Shown: positions 38,434 through 50,376 of the stretch, one piece after another
How positions within the stretch are numbered: the stretch's first letter is position 1
Layout: each line of letters starts with the position of its first letter
From: a candidate division WS6 bacterium OLB20
GTDB taxonomy: Bacteria > Patescibacteriota > Dojkabacteria > B142 > OLB20
Reading direction: 5' to 3'
Assembly (NCBI GenBank): GCA_001567355.1
Contig: JYNZ01000003.1
Location: forward strand, 605,793 to 669,792
Length of the DNA stretch: 64,000 nt
Position numbers and translations under genes: made by a program
The notes under the pieces: model-generated
The model's database searches: none
The model's input: only the letters and a program-made list of their open reading frames with translations
Told to the model about the DNA's origin: nothing

Positions 38434-38530
38434 ACGTGTTAACAGACCTCTGCTGCATTGCTCCTAAATTATGCATATGCATAACAGGTGTACGGGCATT
38501 TGGCAGGTAATTATACCGCAAAAGGCCTTT

Positions 38531-39256
38531 CTATGTAGAGGGCTTCAGCTTTTTTGGCTGTTTTTGCAGCTCTTCTTCGGGTGTTGACTTTAGAGCGGCA
38601 GGCATGTCCTTGGGATCTTTTGTCCTGATATCATCCCGTCCTTCAAGAAACGGCAGTAGCGGCTGGTATTCACCGATGATCAGTCTGCTCAGAAAACCGT
38701 TTGAAGCCTCACGCGATGTCAGATAATCCACGTACTGCACGATATATGAGACGATGTAGTCGATATCACCCTCACCCTGCAGCAGAATAAAGCGTTTAGG
38801 AATGTCCTCGCGTTCCGATTCCATGATATCCATGTGCATCAGAAATTTTCCTTCGCGTTTGACCACCCAGAATGAATTAATCATGCGCCAGAGGTAAAGA
38901 CTACCGTCCAGCTTCAGGCCCTTGTTTGTGATCTCGTGGGTGACAATTTTTGGCGGAGTCGTGTTTAATGCGTATATCAGAAAAACGATGGCAATAATTG
39001 CAATCACCAGTCCGAAATTGTTTGTCAGCGCGGACAGTGCGATGGCAACCACTGCAAACCCCGAGAGACTGACGTACCACTCCCGCGACTTAGGAGAAAA
39101 CAGTCGCTCCGGTGCCTTCCAGGTATAGACTGTTTCGAGGGTTTTGCTTTCCTCTTCAAGAATTTTACGGTATTGTTTCGCACGTTCGATCTCGGCATCC
39201 AGACGAAGCATTTCCTCCTTCTGCTGCTGAGTGAGCGTCTCCTGTGTATCGGCCAT
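38531..39256 (-). CDS. Hypothetical membrane protein (2 TM, coiled-coil N-terminus)
   Basis: 241-aa ORF. TM pair SLSGFAVVAIALSALTNNFGLVIAIIAIVFLIYAL. Confidence 0.5.
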   Translation of the reverse strand: MADTQETLTQQQKEEMLRLDAEIERAKQYRKILEEESKTLETVYTWKAPERLFSPKSREWYVSLSGFAVVAIALSALTNNFGLVIAIIAIVFLIYALNTTPPKIVTHEITNKGLKLDGSLYLWRMINSFWVVKREGKFLMHMDIMESEREDIPKRFILLQGEGDIDYIVSYIVQYVDYLTSREASNGFLSRLIIGEYQPLLPFLEGRDDIRTKDPKDMPAALKSTPEEELQKQPKKLKPST

Positions 39257-39397
39257 CTGATGAATATTGCTCTAAACCATTGTAGATGCGTGGATAGACA
39301 ATTACAAGCCACAACTTCTGTCCGGGGACACCCCGACAGGCGCTATGCTATAATCCGGGAGAATTCTTCACACTATTTTATTTCTTACAGAATTCGC

Positions 39398-40129
39398 ATG
39401 CTTAAACGACTGCTTTCTCTTGTAGCCGTTTTTATGCTTGCAGGAACATTCCTTTCTCCCGCCAAAGTCTCGGCCGTTGAATCTACCAACGTTCAGCTTA
39501 AGGGAGAGGCAGGTGAGGTTATCTTTGTACCGACCTGTTCATGGAGCTACCCTGAGGGCTTTTATTCAGATACATCTGCCTACACCTATCTCGGCAGAGT
39601 ACCGGTCAGCGAGCCGTCATCAAAATATCCCGGAACATGGGAGTGCGATACGGTTGTTAAGCATATGATCAGGCTTAACTGGATCTCCTACTGGAGCCCG
39701 CTGTCCAGCAACTATCCCGGCATCGGAAAGTTCACCATCCGCTCACGCGGTGAGAACCCGTCAGCCCCTGAGCTCGGTTTTCACACCGATCAGACATATG
39801 ACATCATGAGTATTCAGATCCTTAACCACCTCTATGGTGATTCAAAGATCAACTACTTTACAACCAGCAAGACCGACATGGTGATGCACAAGTATGTTGG
39901 TGGCACACCTGTTGCAATTGATCTCGAAAGTGTCAACTATCAGCTAAAAAAGAACCCGCGCTGCCCTGGTGGACAGCACGACCGTATGAACTGCAAATGG
40001 ATTCACTCATTCAAGACTGATTCCCTGCAGACAGCGACCTACCGTCTGACCTTTACTGACAGCTACGGACAGGGTCCCGGTGCTGCAGATGACGGCGTTT
40101 ATCAGGTGTTCTTCTTCCTGACACGCTAG
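39398..40129 (+). CDS. Secreted hypothetical protein
   Basis: Internal ATG 39398 gives a signal peptide MLKRLLSLVAVFMLAGTFLSPAKVSA. It is preceded by an extended -10 TGcTATAAT (39346..39354). Confidence 0.6.
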   Translation: MLKRLLSLVAVFMLAGTFLSPAKVSAVESTNVQLKGEAGEVIFVPTCSWSYPEGFYSDTSAYTYLGRVPVSEPSSKYPGTWECDTVVKHMIRLNWISYWSPLSSNYPGIGKFTIRSRGENPSAPELGFHTDQTYDIMSIQILNHLYGDSKINYFTTSKTDMVMHKYVGGTPVAIDLESVNYQLKKNPRCPGGQHDRMNCKWIHSFKTDSLQTATYRLTFTDSYGQGPGAADDGVYQVFFFLTR

Positions 40130-40147
40130 TACACAGATAAAGTTTAA

Positions 40148-40177
40148 ACACCCCGCCTTGCGCGGGGTGTTTTTTTA
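40148..40177. terminator. Bidirectional rho-independent terminator
   Basis: ACACCCCGC-cttgc-GCGGGGTGT followed by TTTTTTT. It sits between the convergent 39398..40129 (+) and ABC permease (-) genes. Confidence 0.75.
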
Positions 40178-41293
40178 GTCAAGTCGTTTAAGTTGTCGTT
40201 GGCGGTAGAGAAGTGTTGCAGCAAGCAGAAGCACAACCGCACTGATGCTGATGAATGTGAGCTCTCCGGTAATATCCGAAATACTGCCTGAGTCCCGAAG
40301 TACAGTTTCCATGGCAACTGTGGCCCACTTGGTAGGGAGCAGGTCGTTGAATTGAACTGATCTGTCAAACAGTTCAAACTCCCATATCCTCCCGATCCCC
40401 GCGATGAATGATCCCGAGAAGAACCCGAGTACGATTGAAAGCATCGTTCCGATATTTGTCGCGGCATCTATCTTTTTGGTGAGTGCGCCGATCAGCAGCC
40501 CAACTGCAACAACAAAGATCCCGGTAGGTATCGCCACCGCTAAGGCGTTGAGGAGGTTGCCACTTGCCTGGAAACCAAATGCGAGCGCAGTACTATAGGA
40601 AATAATCAGTTGTATGAAGACAAGTGTAAACTGGTACATGCCGGTGCCTGCGAGTATCTGCCAGGAACGTGTACGGCTGGTGAAGTAACGGAAGATATAC
40701 TGCTTTTCCGTAATCTCTGTGAAGTCCTGCGCGATTCCGGGCATCAGAATAAGCATTGAATAAACAATGAGCCCTGGGACAAGCGTATCAAAGGCCGAGG
40801 GGTTATCTCCCGAAGCTGATTCCAGAGTGACTGTCGAAATAAAGCTTATGTCCTTGTTAAGATATCCGGCACTTACATTTTGAATGATCCCCGCAACTGC
40901 ACTGAAGAAGGGGTTAGTCTGTTCTCCTGAAACAATAAGTGTTCCTTCTCCCCCGGGATAAAAATCCTCTGGGACAGTGAGGTACAACGTGATGGTTCCT
41001 GATTTAACCGCCTGTGCGGCGGCATCAGCTGTATCATATTCGCTGATCGCTAGCAGGGGTTTTTCGTTATCCTCGCTCTGCTGCAAACCGGTCAATGTAT
41101 CTTTAAAAGCGGTGTATGACCCGTGCTCCTGCCTGACCATGCCGATACTGAAGGCCTCAATCTCGCCTCCACCAAAAGCCAGACCGAACAATCCGATAAA
41201 TAGTACCGGAAGCACGAACATGATTCCCGCAGACTTCATGTTCCGCCACAATGATTTATAGTTGTAAACAGCGATTGCAAGAACTGTTTTCAT
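40175..41293 (-). CDS. ABC-2-type exporter permease
   Basis: 372 aa with an N-terminal TM, a large extracytoplasmic loop and a 5-TM ABC-2 core. It overlaps the ATPase gene by 4 nt. Confidence 0.8.
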   Translation of the reverse strand: MKTVLAIAVYNYKSLWRNMKSAGIMFVLPVLFIGLFGLAFGGGEIEAFSIGMVRQEHGSYTAFKDTLTGLQQSEDNEKPLLAISEYDTADAAAQAVKSGTITLYLTVPEDFYPGGEGTLIVSGEQTNPFFSAVAGIIQNVSAGYLNKDISFISTVTLESASGDNPSAFDTLVPGLIVYSMLILMPGIAQDFTEITEKQYIFRYFTSRTRSWQILAGTGMYQFTLVFIQLIISYSTALAFGFQASGNLLNALAVAIPTGIFVVAVGLLIGALTKKIDAATNIGTMLSIVLGFFSGSFIAGIGRIWEFELFDRSVQFNDLLPTKWATVAMETVLRDSGSISDITGELTFISISAVVLLLAATLLYRQRQLKRLD

Positions 41294-42236
41294 TCGCGGA
41301 TTTCTTTCCCTGTGAGCAGTAGAAAAATATCTTCTAAAGTGGGTTCTTTCACAGAAACATTGACAGCCTGAACGTCTGTTTGTCTGATTGCGTTCAATGC
41401 AAATTGGATTGACTGGACAGGATCCTCTGTAAGACAGGTTAGTGTGTGATCGCTGCGTGTTAACTCCTTGTGAAACTGTTTTGTCAGTTCCTGCTGAAGT
41501 GCACTGATTGATGGTTCAGGTGTAGCCTCTTCAAGTTCGATGTTGAGTAGTGACCCCTTACCATACATTCGCTTGAGTTGGGGTACCGTACCCTCTGCTA
41601 TAACAGTCCCATCATCAATGATAACAACATAATCAGAAAGCTTCTCGGCTTCGTCCAGGTAATGGTCAGTCAGAACAATGGCATAGTTGTTACTGTCTGA
41701 CAGATCTCTGATGTAATCCATCAGGAAGCGTCTGCTTTGTGCATCAATACCTGGGGTCGGTTCATCAAGGAAGAGCAGTGTCGGGTCGTGAATGATGGAC
41801 AGTGCCAGGTTAAGTCTGCGTTTATATCCTCCGGACAGGTTGCGGGCAAGCGTGTGAGTTTCTTTTTCAAGATTCAGAGCTTCGATCAGATAGTCTGTCC
41901 GCGATCGTGTTTTGTCTGCCGGCATGTTCTGCAGGCGTGCCGAATAAATGAGGTTCTCAATGATCGTCAGATTATCCCAGATAACTACCTCCTGCGGCAT
42001 GACCCCGATACTACCACGCAGATTGTCAGGAACCCTGTCATAATCTTTACCATGATAGTAATTACGCCACTATCGGGGTGCATTTGTCCTGAAAGCATCT
42101 TGATTGTCGTTGATTTGCCAGCACCATTTGGACCAAGCAGACCGAGCACCTTACCTTGTTCAATGGTTAGGTTAAGGTCATGTACAGCTGTTTTACTGCC
42201 GAATTTCTTGCCGAGGTGCGATGCTGTGATATTCAT
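41290..42236 (-). CDS. ABC transporter ATP-binding protein; split by a 1-nt frameshift near 42058..42064
   Basis: The N-terminal ORF has Walker [10 protein letters not shown]. The other frame continues [24 protein letters not shown] into ORF 41290..42000, which carries LSGGYKRRL and Walker B LLFLDEPT. Confidence 0.8.
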
Positions 42237-42293
42237 GACGCCTGTACTATACTACGCTGCCTACAGATCCGCAATGAAGGCAATTTTGCAGGA

Positions 42294-42837
42294 ATGAATA
42301 AAGCAGTTATTATCATGGTAATGGAATATTTGTTTGGCAAACATCCAACACCGCTGCAGCTCTGGGGTACGGTTCTGATGGCTCTTCTGACAGTGATTCT
42401 GTCTGTAGCGCTACTGCAGTCATTTACTGTCTCGTCAGTCGCACTGGTACTGCTTGCCATTGCTGCTGCCGATCTGGGAGGAGGTATTGCAAGTAATTTT
42501 ACTGAGGAGACACGCAGGTTCTACCACGGAAAGAAAAAAGCTGCAGCGTGACTTTCTGCTGCTGCACTTTGCCTATGCACTGATTATCCCGTTTATCTTC
42601 GGAGGTTCACATCTGCCATACTCGGTAATTGCATATCTGACAGCACTGGGCCTCTATATTGTTACCCGGAGCCTGCAGAAAGAGCTGTCTGTTCTGGACC
42701 TTGCAATTGTGCAGACCGGCTACATACTCACAGCGACAGGGCTCGTGTACACATTAGCTGGTGGAACCGTTCCTGACGTCTGGCTGCTGACGCTGCTCAC
42801 GGTAAAGCTGGGGATAGCGTTCCCCTGGAAAACATAA
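42294..42837 (+). CDS. Hypothetical polytopic membrane protein; frameshift in an A6 run (42534..42539)
   Basis: ORFs 42180..42551 and 42454..42837 join if one A is removed (GKKKLQRDFLLLHFAYAL). The internal ATG at 42294 is the preferred start. Confidence 0.45.
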
Positions 42838-42850
42838 CTGCAGGAAAGGT

Positions 42851-43219
42851 TTAGACCTGGTACTGCTGCTGCTCGTTGCGGCGGCGCATTGCCATAAAAA
42901 TCAGACCGAGAACAACGAACGCTACAAGTACAAGCAGACCGATCATGACTGTAGAGCCTGATCCCTGTTGCTGCTCGTCAGCTGCTCCGGCAACGCTGCC
43001 GTCATCCTCATCGGCTGTAGAACCGAACGTGCGTGCTGTCGGTGTCGGAGAAGGAGTGGTGTCGGTATCCTCACCAAGTACCTCGCCATCGTCAGTCAGC
43101 TCATTAGGAAACAACGAGGACTGCTGTGCGTATACAGTGGTAACCGGCGCGAACGAGAACATGGTGAACACAGCAATCATAAGGATTGCTGCTGTTTTTG
43201 GTGTAAAAAGCTTTGTCAT
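42851..43219 (-). CDS. Small secreted protein with a C-terminal TM plus basic tail
   Basis: Signal peptide MTKLFTPKTAAILMIAVFTMFSFAPVTTVYA, an acidic Thr/Pro linker, and C-terminal MIGLLVLVAFVVLGLIFMAMRRRNEQ. Confidence 0.5.
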   Translation of the reverse strand: MTKLFTPKTAAILMIAVFTMFSFAPVTTVYAQQSSLFPNELTDDGEVLGEDTDTTPSPTPTARTFGSTADEDDGSVAGAADEQQQGSGSTVMIGLLVLVAFVVLGLIFMAMRRRNEQQQYQV

Positions 43220-43327
43220 TAGTAAGTATTAATAGTATGTAATGTTAAAAGCACAGTTTTCTAGCTGATTATACAGCCAGTATGCCTATCAGGCAAGGAC
43301 TGATCAGCGGTTTCGGTGAATCACCGG

Positions 43328-44077
43328 TCAGAACTCCATTCCCGCGGCGACAGAATTGATTATGTCCCAGCCGTTACTATAGGAGGACGGGTCAAAATAT
43401 GACTGGATCTCTGCAACGAACGAACCAGAGTCCACTGTGATGACTATAAGGTCGTCCGGACGTTCGTCACCCTCATCAGGATCGTAATAACCTTCGTATC
43501 TGGCGGATGTATAGGTGGAGCCGTTGATGGTTATCTGTTTTTCAGCAATCTTGTCGTAGTCCTGACGGATACTGACAAATGATCCCGGCGGATAGAAGGA
43601 CACGTTAAAACTGAGATTGTCATCAGGAAACGTACGGAATGACTCTACCTGCTGACTGGGACCTACAAATGATGACTGTCCAGTCCAGTTGTGCGGATAC
43701 TGAATCGTCACAGAGTACTTTTGACCCTGATAGGTTTTAGTTTGCTGAGTGGTACCTCCTCCAGCCGGTGTCCCGGTCGGTTCCGGGTTCTGTGTCGGAG
43801 TCGCCGTCGGATTGTCCTGACCTGGCTGTGAGGGGACTGGTGTCTGTTCTGATTCGTCTTCGGGTGTCTCGGGGTTATCGGTCGGCTGCACCTGGTCCTG
43901 ACTGTCCTGAACCGGGCGATCATCAGATCCGGCAGGATATGAGTCCGAATATGAATCAGGGTTGTCACCGATACTCTGCCTTCCTGCTGAGATAGCGGCA
44001 ACAGCAAGTGCGATAAACAGCAGTGCGGGGATGATCACTGCTAAACGGACAAATGTTTTATTGCGGATAAATTTCAT
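43328..44077 (-). CDS. Membrane-anchored extracytoplasmic hypothetical protein with a disordered P/T/Q-rich linker
   Basis: 249 aa with an N-terminal anchor LAVIIPALLFIALAVAAISA. Confidence 0.55.
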   Translation of the reverse strand: MKFIRNKTFVRLAVIIPALLFIALAVAAISAGRQSIGDNPDSYSDSYPAGSDDRPVQDSQDQVQPTDNPETPEDESEQTPVPSQPGQDNPTATPTQNPEPTGTPAGGGTTQQTKTYQGQKYSVTIQYPHNWTGQSSFVGPSQQVESFRTFPDDNLSFNVSFYPPGSFVSIRQDYDKIAEKQITINGSTYTSARYEGYYDPDEGDERPDDLIVITVDSGSFVAEIQSYFDPSSYSNGWDIINSVAAGMEF

Positions 44078-44138
44078 GCGAGCATTATATCAGGTGTGGA
44101 CTGATTCCCGCTTGTGATTGTAGAAACAACAAGGCGTT

Positions 44139-44147
44139 TGCTATAAT
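44139..44147 (+). promoter_or_regulatory. Extended -10 promoter element TGcTATAAT for the GT2 gene
   Basis: ttgcTATAATccg. The same TGCTATAATCCG motif recurs at 39346..39357. Confidence 0.4.
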
Positions 44148-44193
44148 CCGTGAATAAGGGCGCCGCTCTTTATTTTTTCGAACAGATGGTCTG

Positions 44194-45168
<975 letters not shown>

Positions 45169-45253
45169 ATCTGACAGCAGACGTTCGGGAATTATCTCTT
45201 CCTTTTCTGTATTTTCGGTGAAACTTTTCCGGTCGGAGCAGGATATTACACGT

Positions 45254-46466
45254 ATGAAACCAATGAAAGTAGCACTAATTAGTGTGAGTCATGACCCGGG
45301 TGATCCTGATGCAAAATCCGTTGATATCGCAATCGGTCGCTATCTCCATCACACAATGGAAGGAATGTCTCCACTGCTTGGTAATGATGTTGATGTCACT
45401 CTCGTGACCAACGACAGCAGCAGAGTCTCTGATGACAAGGGTTTTGCAGTGCACCGTGCCTTCCGGAAAAACCACCTTATCGGTTTTGCATTGTGGCGCT
45501 ATTTTCTCCGTAACAGGTACGAAGTTGTACATCTGCAGCATGAGTTCTTCATCTACGGCGGACCGCTCAGGTCTGTACTCCTTTCTCTTGGACTGATGTT
45601 TGCACCTGGCGCTAAACGGATCACAACTGCTCATTATATTGTCGATATTGATGCTGTTGATACCGAGCTTGTTACCAGCAACAATTACCGCTACCCGGTC
45701 TGGTTTATCAAGTTTGTCCTGCGGGTAACGTATGCCATCCTGTTTATGGCCTCACACAAGATCATTGTTCATGAAGACTCACACAAACAGATTCTGGTAA
45801 AAAACTGGAAGCGCTACTTCCGGACGATAGATGACCGTATTGCAGTTGTGCATCATGGTGTCGGCAAACGCGAGAGTCTGCCGTCCGAACCTGCGCGCAG
45901 GCAGCTGGGGGGCAAGGCACAGCAGTATGTACTCTTTTTCGGATATGTATCGCGGCACAAAGGATTGGAATTGCTGCTAGATGCAGTTGAGATACTGCAG
46001 AAGCGTGGTCACGATATTTCGGCAATCGTTGCCGGAGGAGAGCATCCCAAGCTCGCTTCAGAAAAATCCTACCGCACCTACTACGGTGAGCTGAAAAAAA
46101 CGCGCAAGAGATCTGCAGAATGTTGTCTGGCACGGTTTCGCAACAGAAGAGGAACTCCCGGCAATATTTTCAGCTGCGGACCTTGGAGTGTTTCCGTATA
46201 AAACACGCCAGGCGGCAAGTGGCGCTGTGACCGACTGTATCGCGTTCGGGCTACCCTTTATTGTGTCGGACCGCTTCAAGTCAAACAGACAGTTTGAGGG
46301 ACTGATATTTGAACTTGATGCGAAGGCGCTGGCTGACAGGATCCTTGATAAATTGAAATCTCAGTCTGTGATACGCTCCGAGATTCTGCGCTGGCAGGAT
46401 GAGTTCAGCTGGGAGAAAAGTGCCCGTTCACAATACGCTCTCTACTCGGGTATACTTTCGCAATGA
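45254..46466 (+). CDS. GT4 (GT-B) glycosyltransferase; frameshift in an A7 run (46094..46100)
   Basis: With six A the sequence reads ...GELKKRARDLQNVVWHGFATEEELPAIFSAADLGVFPYKTRQAASGAV..., the GT4 C-terminal domain continuing into ORF 46188..46466. Confidence 0.75.
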
Positions 46467-47560
46467 AAAAACTTCTGCTGCTTGGTGCATACGGTCAGGA
46501 CAACCTGGGAGATGAGCTGCTGCTGAAAACGTTTCTTGATCTGTTTCAGGACTACAGGATCACAGCAAACAGTTCTTCTGCTGATGCAACGGCAGACAAG
46601 TTTAACATACCGGTGTTCCCCACTGACGGATCAAAGTTTACGCTTCTTAAGCATCTGCTTCAGTCATCTGTGGTTGTCGTCGGTGGCGGGAGTCAGTTTA
46701 AGGAGCTTCCTGCCGTGTTTGGTCGCAACAAAAACGGAGTGCTGTTCTCACTGCTTCTGATTGCATGTATCTGTCGCATAACATTCAAAAAATTCTACTG
46801 CATCAGCGTTGGTGCAGGTCCGCTGGATGGCCGGGCAAGCAGGCTGCTGACACGGGTGATCATCCGTCTCTCGTCGGCTGTCATCCTGCGGGACAGTGGC
46901 AGTCTGGAGCTGATCCGTTCGATTACAAAGTCTGAGAAAGTTCACCTCGGTGCAGATGCGCTGTTTTTTGCTGCGGACAGTGTCCGCAAGCAGATAAAGA
47001 ATGTGCACAGAGAAGAGAAGAGTGTGCTGATGGTTCCCAATCTGCATACACGCAGTGAAGACCTTGCCGGGTATCAGACCGGCGCATACGCAGCTCTGTG
47101 TGAGTATCTTCTTGCAGAAGGTTTCACGATCCGCTTTCTGCCGTTTCAGAGCAGCTTTACCGAGCATAACGATCTTGTCGCGGCAAAGACAATCATCAGC
47201 CGTGTCAAAGGCCTCGATGAGTCAGCAATACTTTCCATAAGCAGTGACACTGATGTATATACTGTCTTTGCACAACATACACTGGTTGTCGGCGTACGGT
47301 TACATTCGCTTATCATTGCAGCACTTACCGGCACACCGATGATGGCGCTCTCATATGATCCCAAAGTGACCGGATTTATGAATGATATCGGCATGGCAGG
47401 ATACAACTTTGAACTGACAGATATGCCCGCCCACAAAACACTTCGTGATGAGTTACTCTCACTGTATAATAAGAGGGCCGAGGCGCACGCTAGAATAACT
47501 GCTGCTGTGACTGACCTGTCTGCCCGCAACCGCCTGGCTTTTGATTCACTCACTGTGTAA
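46463..47560 (+). CDS. Polysaccharide pyruvyl transferase (CsaB/WcaK family)
   Basis: LLLLGAYGQDNLGDELLL N-terminal motif and overall PF04230-like sequence. A 4-nt overlap couples it to GT4. Confidence 0.7.
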   Translation: MKKLLLLGAYGQDNLGDELLLKTFLDLFQDYRITANSSSADATADKFNIPVFPTDGSKFTLLKHLLQSSVVVVGGGSQFKELPAVFGRNKNGVLFSLLLIACICRITFKKFYCISVGAGPLDGRASRLLTRVIIRLSSAVILRDSGSLELIRSITKSEKVHLGADALFFAADSVRKQIKNVHREEKSVLMVPNLHTRSEDLAGYQTGAYAALCEYLLAEGFTIRFLPFQSSFTEHNDLVAAKTIISRVKGLDESAILSISSDTDVYTVFAQHTLVVGVRLHSLIIAALTGTPMMALSYDPKVTGFMNDIGMAGYNFELTDMPAHKTLRDELLSLYNKRAEAHARITAAVTDLSARNRLAFDSLTV

Positions 47561-50376
47561 ATGAGTCCGCTACAACGTATCAGAAACAACCTCGGTCCGG
47601 GGCTCAGGCGAATTATGCATACGCTCCGGTTTATCCGTCTTTCGACTGTCGTGGCTGGTACCGGCCGGATGCTGCACAGCTTTCTGTTTGTCCCTGATGA
47701 TGATGTCCCAAGGGTAAAGCCCGATTACTCGCACATGTCAGTTCCGCAGAGGATGTTTGCACGGGCGGCGGATATGTTTGATTTCAAGATTGTGTTTCTG
47801 ATCGGTCTCGTCTTTATGGCATTTTCTCTCAGGAATGTAATTGCGGAACTCCCGTATCTGATAGCGGAACGTAAATTTATTGCGTTTGATGAGCTGATAC
47901 CAATCTTTGATCTGCAGTCGCAGTACTTTGACCAGATCTCAAGCGGATACAGTGACCTGACGGCAACCAACGAGATCCGGATACGCTATTCGGCACTGAC
48001 TACCTGGACAAGGTACGCACCGATCATCTACTTTTCGCTGCTGATCGTTAATGCTATTGCCTATACACTGATGGTGTTTGCTACAACCCGTTTTTTGAGC
48101 GTCTCTGCGCATCTGCGTGAACGCACAGGCGAAAAAGCGCGACTGCTGACAGCAACACTGGTCAACCTGCCGCTGTTCGTTCTGCTTCTGTATGCCAAGA
48201 TCACGCATTACTACACCCTGATCCTGGGTCTGGCTCTTCTGTATCTTGCTTTTGTGCTGACGCTGGAGCTCTTTCTGGCGCAGGGCAGGGTAAAACGCAA
48301 GGCAGCTGTCATTTTTCTGCTTGTCCTTCTGAATCCGGCTGTTCACTACCATCTGCTGTATTACGGCATTACTGCCTTTATCTGGCTGTTCTTTTTTGCA
48401 GGGGCTCTGACACGACGAATACCATTCAGGCGGTTCATTATGTCGACGCTGCTGTATGTGCTGATCAGTGCGGTGTCGATCGGTGTGTATGCGTTGTTTC
48501 TGTTTGGTGCGGATTCGGTCTACAGCTCTGACAACCTCAATAATGTCGCCCCCGTCAATTACTTTCTGCTTGAAAACTCATCAACACCGCTGCATCACGT
48601 TCTTGCATTAAATCTGTATTCCCCTGTCGACAACTACTACTTTCAGTCATATCTGCCGCCGGAGCCGAATGTGGTAAACGCGCTCTTTCTGGTCGTTGCG
48701 TTTCTGCCGCTCGTGTATCTGCTGGGGTCAAGGGTTATCAGACGCTGGGAACGGGCTGACCGGCTGGGGCTGATGTATCTGCCGGTTCTGGCATTGTCTC
48801 TGTTTTCAATCTACATGGCGCTGGGACTGACATTCAGTGGCAGTATTCACTCGCTGCTGATCGACAATATCGACAGTCCGTTCTTTCAGACAACATTCGG
48901 TTCGCTTGTCTTAAAGGCGTTTCAGACGTTTGTAAGTGTGATCAGGTTTCCACACAGGTTTCAGCTGATCTACCTGATGACACTGTCGTTGAATGCTTCG
49001 CTGGGTCTGCTGCTGCTCTATAAGGCTGTACGCAACAGACAGGTGATGTTAAATCTGAGGCAGCCGGTGACAGTACTGAAAGCCGTCTTCAGTAAGCGCG
49101 CATTTCTCTACATGCTGTCGTTCGCGTTGCTTGTTGTTCCATTCTTTAACACAACTCTGACCCGGACCGTGATTGTCAGTGGCGACTGGAACGGAATATT
49201 TTCGCCGTTTGCGGTGGACGGTGAGGAGATCCTGGCAGAGATTGTGCAGGATGACGAACGTGTGTTTGTGGCGCCGTACCTCGAGCATAACAATTTCATC
49301 GTAGATGAGGACGGTAACAGGCACCGGTTTATTGATAAATTCTGGATTTATCTGCTCAACAGACCGGGCAGTTATTATGGTCTTGGTGGCGATGCACTTA
49401 ACAAGCTTAATTCATTTCTGTCTTCAGGGCGGCACTGTACGAAGATATCTGGTGGGTAAAGATCCTGCGAGATCAGGGTTTTGATTATCTGCTGTTTATC
49501 AAGGACACAGAGAGTGAACTGTTTGATATTGACCGCAGTATCGACACTGCAGTTAAGGGCAACTCAACGATCAAGCAGGTTGCGGACTTTGACCGCTTCC
49601 GTCTGTACAGAATCGACCCAGCACTGCCGGGTGACGAGATTATCGTCTCACTCAACTGGCAGCACTACATCAAACTGATGAACGAGAACAGCAGGCTGAA
49701 CCGCAACACATTCACCTACCAGTTCAATGTCACCGGTGAAGATCTGGGACAGCGCAGGATAATGACAGATGATCCGCAATTTGTGAAGCAGTACGTCGAG
49801 GTGATCGAACATCCTGAGCGGGCGCATTATATTCCGCTTGAACAGCTGACCTTCCGCAAAAACGTCTATCCTGCGTCGCAATATCAGGCATCGGTGATTT
49901 CAATGCTTAACCTGCTGTCAGAGAACCCTCAGTTTAACAAGATCGGTATTCCGTTTCCGTCTGTGCTGCTCAAGACAACAAACCTCTACTCCGGCATCAG
50001 CGGCAGGATGTCAGTGACTGTTCCTCTTAAAAGCCAGGAGCCGTGTTCGCTCTATCTCAACAGCATTAACACCGACAATACAGTCGAGTTTATCGTTTAC
50101 AACAGTAAGGACGAGCCTGTTGCCCGGACAGAAGTGCAGCTGAAGAGAAAACATCCGCAGGACAATGATGTATCATTTACTAAGCTGGATCTGCCCGAAC
50201 TTGAAGCCGGCAGCTACACCATAGGTGTAGAGAAAAAGGACGAAAACGCAATGGTGTACAATTACCTTCTTTGCTCCGACAGAAGTTACCGGGAAGGTCT
50301 TAACCTTACACTCGACGAAAAGATTACGCTCTCAAATGACCAGATTCTTGAAATCTATTCAAAACAGGATAACTGA
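47561..50376 (+). CDS. Large polytopic membrane protein (about 12 TM) with a C-terminal soluble domain; probably one gene of about 938 aa with a frameshift at the GGG run 49427..49429
   Basis: The frame of ORF 49678..50376 is open back to 49411. Adding one G joins ...NSFLSSG to AALYEDIWWVKILRDQGF... . It starts directly at the stop of the pyruvyl transferase. Confidence 0.5.

Noticed and set aside
41737-42297. 186-aa plus-strand ORF
   Set aside because: It is antisense to the ABC ATPase, which carries Walker A, the signature motif and Walker B.
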